NCBI GenBank assembly: GCA_002104905.1
Contig: MCFE01000173.1
Span: 1-64,000 of the forward strand
DNA: 64,000 nt
Direction of reading: 5' to 3'
Source: Basidiobolus meristosporus CBS 931.73
Taxonomy: Eukaryota > Fungi > Basidiobolomycota
Below are positions 61,590 to 64,000 of the stretch, in pieces. Position 1 is the stretch's first letter. Every line of letters starts with the position of its first letter. Under the pieces are notes generated by a model. The model saw nothing but the letters and a program-made list of their open reading frames with translations. It did not search any database and was not told the origin of the DNA. The position numbers and the translations under genes were made by a program.

Positions 61590-63300
61590 AGGCTTACAGC
61601 ACCATCCAATGTTGCGGATAAACCACCTGTCAATTTCATGATCCACATTTCTGACTGGTGGTAGCTTTACAAGCTCATCTGGAAACACATCAGAATATTC
61701 CTTCAGAAGAGTTGGAATGTTAAAAGTCTTGATACAAGATTTGTAGGGAGTTTAGCTAGTATTGTATTCACTGAAATTTGAACTGATTTTTATTGAGGTT
61801 CAGCAGCTCCTTATATATAGTTTGCCAGAAAAGTTGCTGACCAATTGTACTTTCTAATATAGGCTGTGGCTGATGACTCATTTAATTGCATCATCATCAC
61901 CCAATAAGATCCTAACTAATATATTGGGTTCTGTCTGATAAGGATCTGCTGACTCATTTGCTGACTAATGCTACTGATTTGATAGATAATACTGATATAC
62001 TGATAAGCTAAACACACAACTAATTGATTTGACTAAAAACTGATCTAACCTAAACATTCAAGCAGTAGATCATAACAGAAACTCTCTGGCAAACTTGAGT
62101 AGAGAGGTGATCCTGTAATACTTCTGTGAGAAACATCTTGGTACCTTTCCTTGGTGCCTTGCAGAACTGTGTCTTGCAAAGTTAACTAGTGTCAAACACA
62201 CTTGATTTGACCAAGTGAAATCAGTCTTCCAGGAAGCAGCTCATAGATATGGCTGCCTTTTTGTGCTGAATTGTATTAGGTTCTCCAATTGATAGATGGT
62301 TTGTGGTTAAATAGCCATGTGTTTCCAAGTATCAGGTAGAATTTGCAGTTTCCAAGTATGTAGGCCTGCTGGTCATCAGAGTGATTAATCTCCACTCTTA
62401 CTGGCTGAGTGATATTTTTTATTATGAGAGAATTCTCATCAGCTGTTGAGATCTATTTTGATTTGATATGCTCTCAGTGAATTCCAAATTTCAAGGCAAC
62501 TTGCTCTGACATATACTTGGGTGATGCTCTCAAGTCAATAAATAACCTGGCAAGTACTTCTTTGAATACTCTATTCAAGTGTAATATTTTCCCTGAGCTT
62601 GAAGTAATGTGGGATAAGTATTCTTCTGTCATATGAAAGGTGAGTTCTGAGTCTTTTCAGGCTCATCCTCTCCATTGGTATGTATCAGGGCTTCAACTAA
62701 GTTTCTTACTGACAAGTGTCCATCTCTTCTATGAAGGCAGTGCTTGAGATGTGCCAATACTGAAGGTAATTGAAATAAAGTTCTTTCTTCTTGTATTTTC
62801 TCAAGGAGGAATTTGGCTATAGAGCATCTATTCCCATTGGGCCTGCTTCTGATTGTCTTCTTTAAAGCAATGTAGCCTTTTTGATCAGACACTCTAGGCT
62901 TCTCAGCCCCAAATATAGCTGAGTCATAGACAATAACAATCTTGATGGCTGCTTAAATAGTCTAAGGTCTTCAATAGCTCACCACATTGCAGTTGTATCT
63001 TTCTGCCCCTCAATAAAGTATTTGACTTAACCCAGAGGGCTTGTTCTTTCAACTTGTTGAAGTAGTTATCTATACTTGTAGATGAATTCTTGAACCATTC
63101 CTTTCTCTCTGAATGACTTTAACTTCCTCCTTGGTGGCGTCTGCTGGTGTAGAGTCTCAAAAGCATCCTGTATTTCCGGAGCAAACTCATCCCTGGTAGA
63201 GAACATGGAGCATGCTGTCATAGTGGCTGACCTGATCTTGTTGTAGTACCACCATAAAGTTGCTTCTGCCAAGTAAGAAGCTCTATAATGCAAATTGCTT
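61590..63300 (-). mobile_element. Ty3/gypsy remnant D (gag, protease, RT N-terminus)
   Basis: Gag YLAEATLWW...RRKLKSFREKGMVQEFI; protease-like FIDLRASPKYMS...YLILGNTWLFNHKPSINW; RT start LLKEYSDVFPDELVKLPPVRNVDHEI. Confidence 0.75.
61742..62077. repeat. LTR-like repeat family 2 copy inside gypsy D
   Basis: TG...CATAACA; homologous to 54509-54750 and 63300-63715; no TSD seen. Confidence 0.65.
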
Positions 63301-63715
63301 TCAGGGTCTGGTTAGCTATTATTGGACTCACTAAGACTCTGACTGATGATTATTGAGGTTCCAGCCACTTCTTATACATATTTGCTAGACCAATTGTTGT
63401 CTAAATATGTTTCCTAATGTGGATGTGGCTGATGACCCACTCAATTGCATCATCATTACCTATTAGGATCCTACTTGATACACCTACTACTGTTTGATAG
63501 GTATCAGATGAATCATCAGCTGACTGATATTGCTGATATGAAAGATAACCCTGATATAGTGATAGGCTAAATACAAAACTGACTGATTTGGCTTAAGTCC
63601 CACTGAGCTTGTACATTCCAGAGGCTGATTGCAATCCTTAATATTATCATGCAGGGCACAGTTGTTGGGGTTGATCAACCTGCAACTCATCCATAACCAG
63701 TATTCAGATCAAAAA
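63300..63715. repeat. Diverged LTR-like repeat family 2 copy
   Basis: Shares TGTGGCTGATGAC..AATTGCATCATCAT..AGGATCCTA and the upstream TATTGAGGTT block with 61742-62077; ends approximate. Confidence 0.55.
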
Positions 63716-64000
63716 CTCCATATGCTACACTCAAGGGGCTTTGGTGAGCAACAATATTTTATAAATTTACATGACTCAGTTTGTGCATGGTGACAAGTGT
63801 GGACAGGTGCCTTTATACAGGCATCAAATGTCCATCAAGACAGTCTTGGTATTCTAGTGACTAACAATTGGTCAATTATGACACTTGTGGCAAAACTTGG
63901 TCTGTGAACCTTGTTGTCTTTCATATGCTGCCTATGTGCTTCATGCCCCAGAGGCTTGTTATAATTGCCACATGTTTGAAACATTGTACCTATATGATTG

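Noticed and set aside
54509-62077. Inverted family-2 repeats as ends of a large element or inversion
   Set aside because: The flanks do not match or cross-match, and gypsy B is collinear across the first copy.

Overview
Eukaryotic, intron-rich DNA, most likely from an early-diverging fungus (inferred from gene set, short GT-AG introns and chromoviruses; no taxon can be fixed from sequence alone). It has two sharply different halves. 1-18 kb is CpG-rich and gene-dense, with eight genes all on the minus strand: MEF2-type MADS-box TF (5' part), an F-box protein fused to an XPA/Rad14-like zinc-finger domain (one frameshift), a CsbD/Hmp1-like small protein, a Trs65-like TRAPP subunit, a PXA + Nexin_C protein, Rad52, a PQ-loop membrane protein and U2AF65. 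From 19,340 to the end is a CpG-depleted block of nested, decayed transposons. It holds a two-gene CACTA/CMC family (CCCTA termini, 4-bp TSD, about 7 pieces, one with both TIRs) and a two-gene PIF/Harbinger (PHIS) family (AGACTTGTTCC TIRs, AAA/AAT/ATT flanks) with non-autonomous derivatives. It also holds four Ty3/gypsy remnants (two with chromodomains), two Ty1/copia gag/protease remnants and seven solo LTRs with recognisable TSDs. No rRNA, tRNA or CRISPR was seen. All alignments were done by eye; family calls rest on motif recognition, not database searches.
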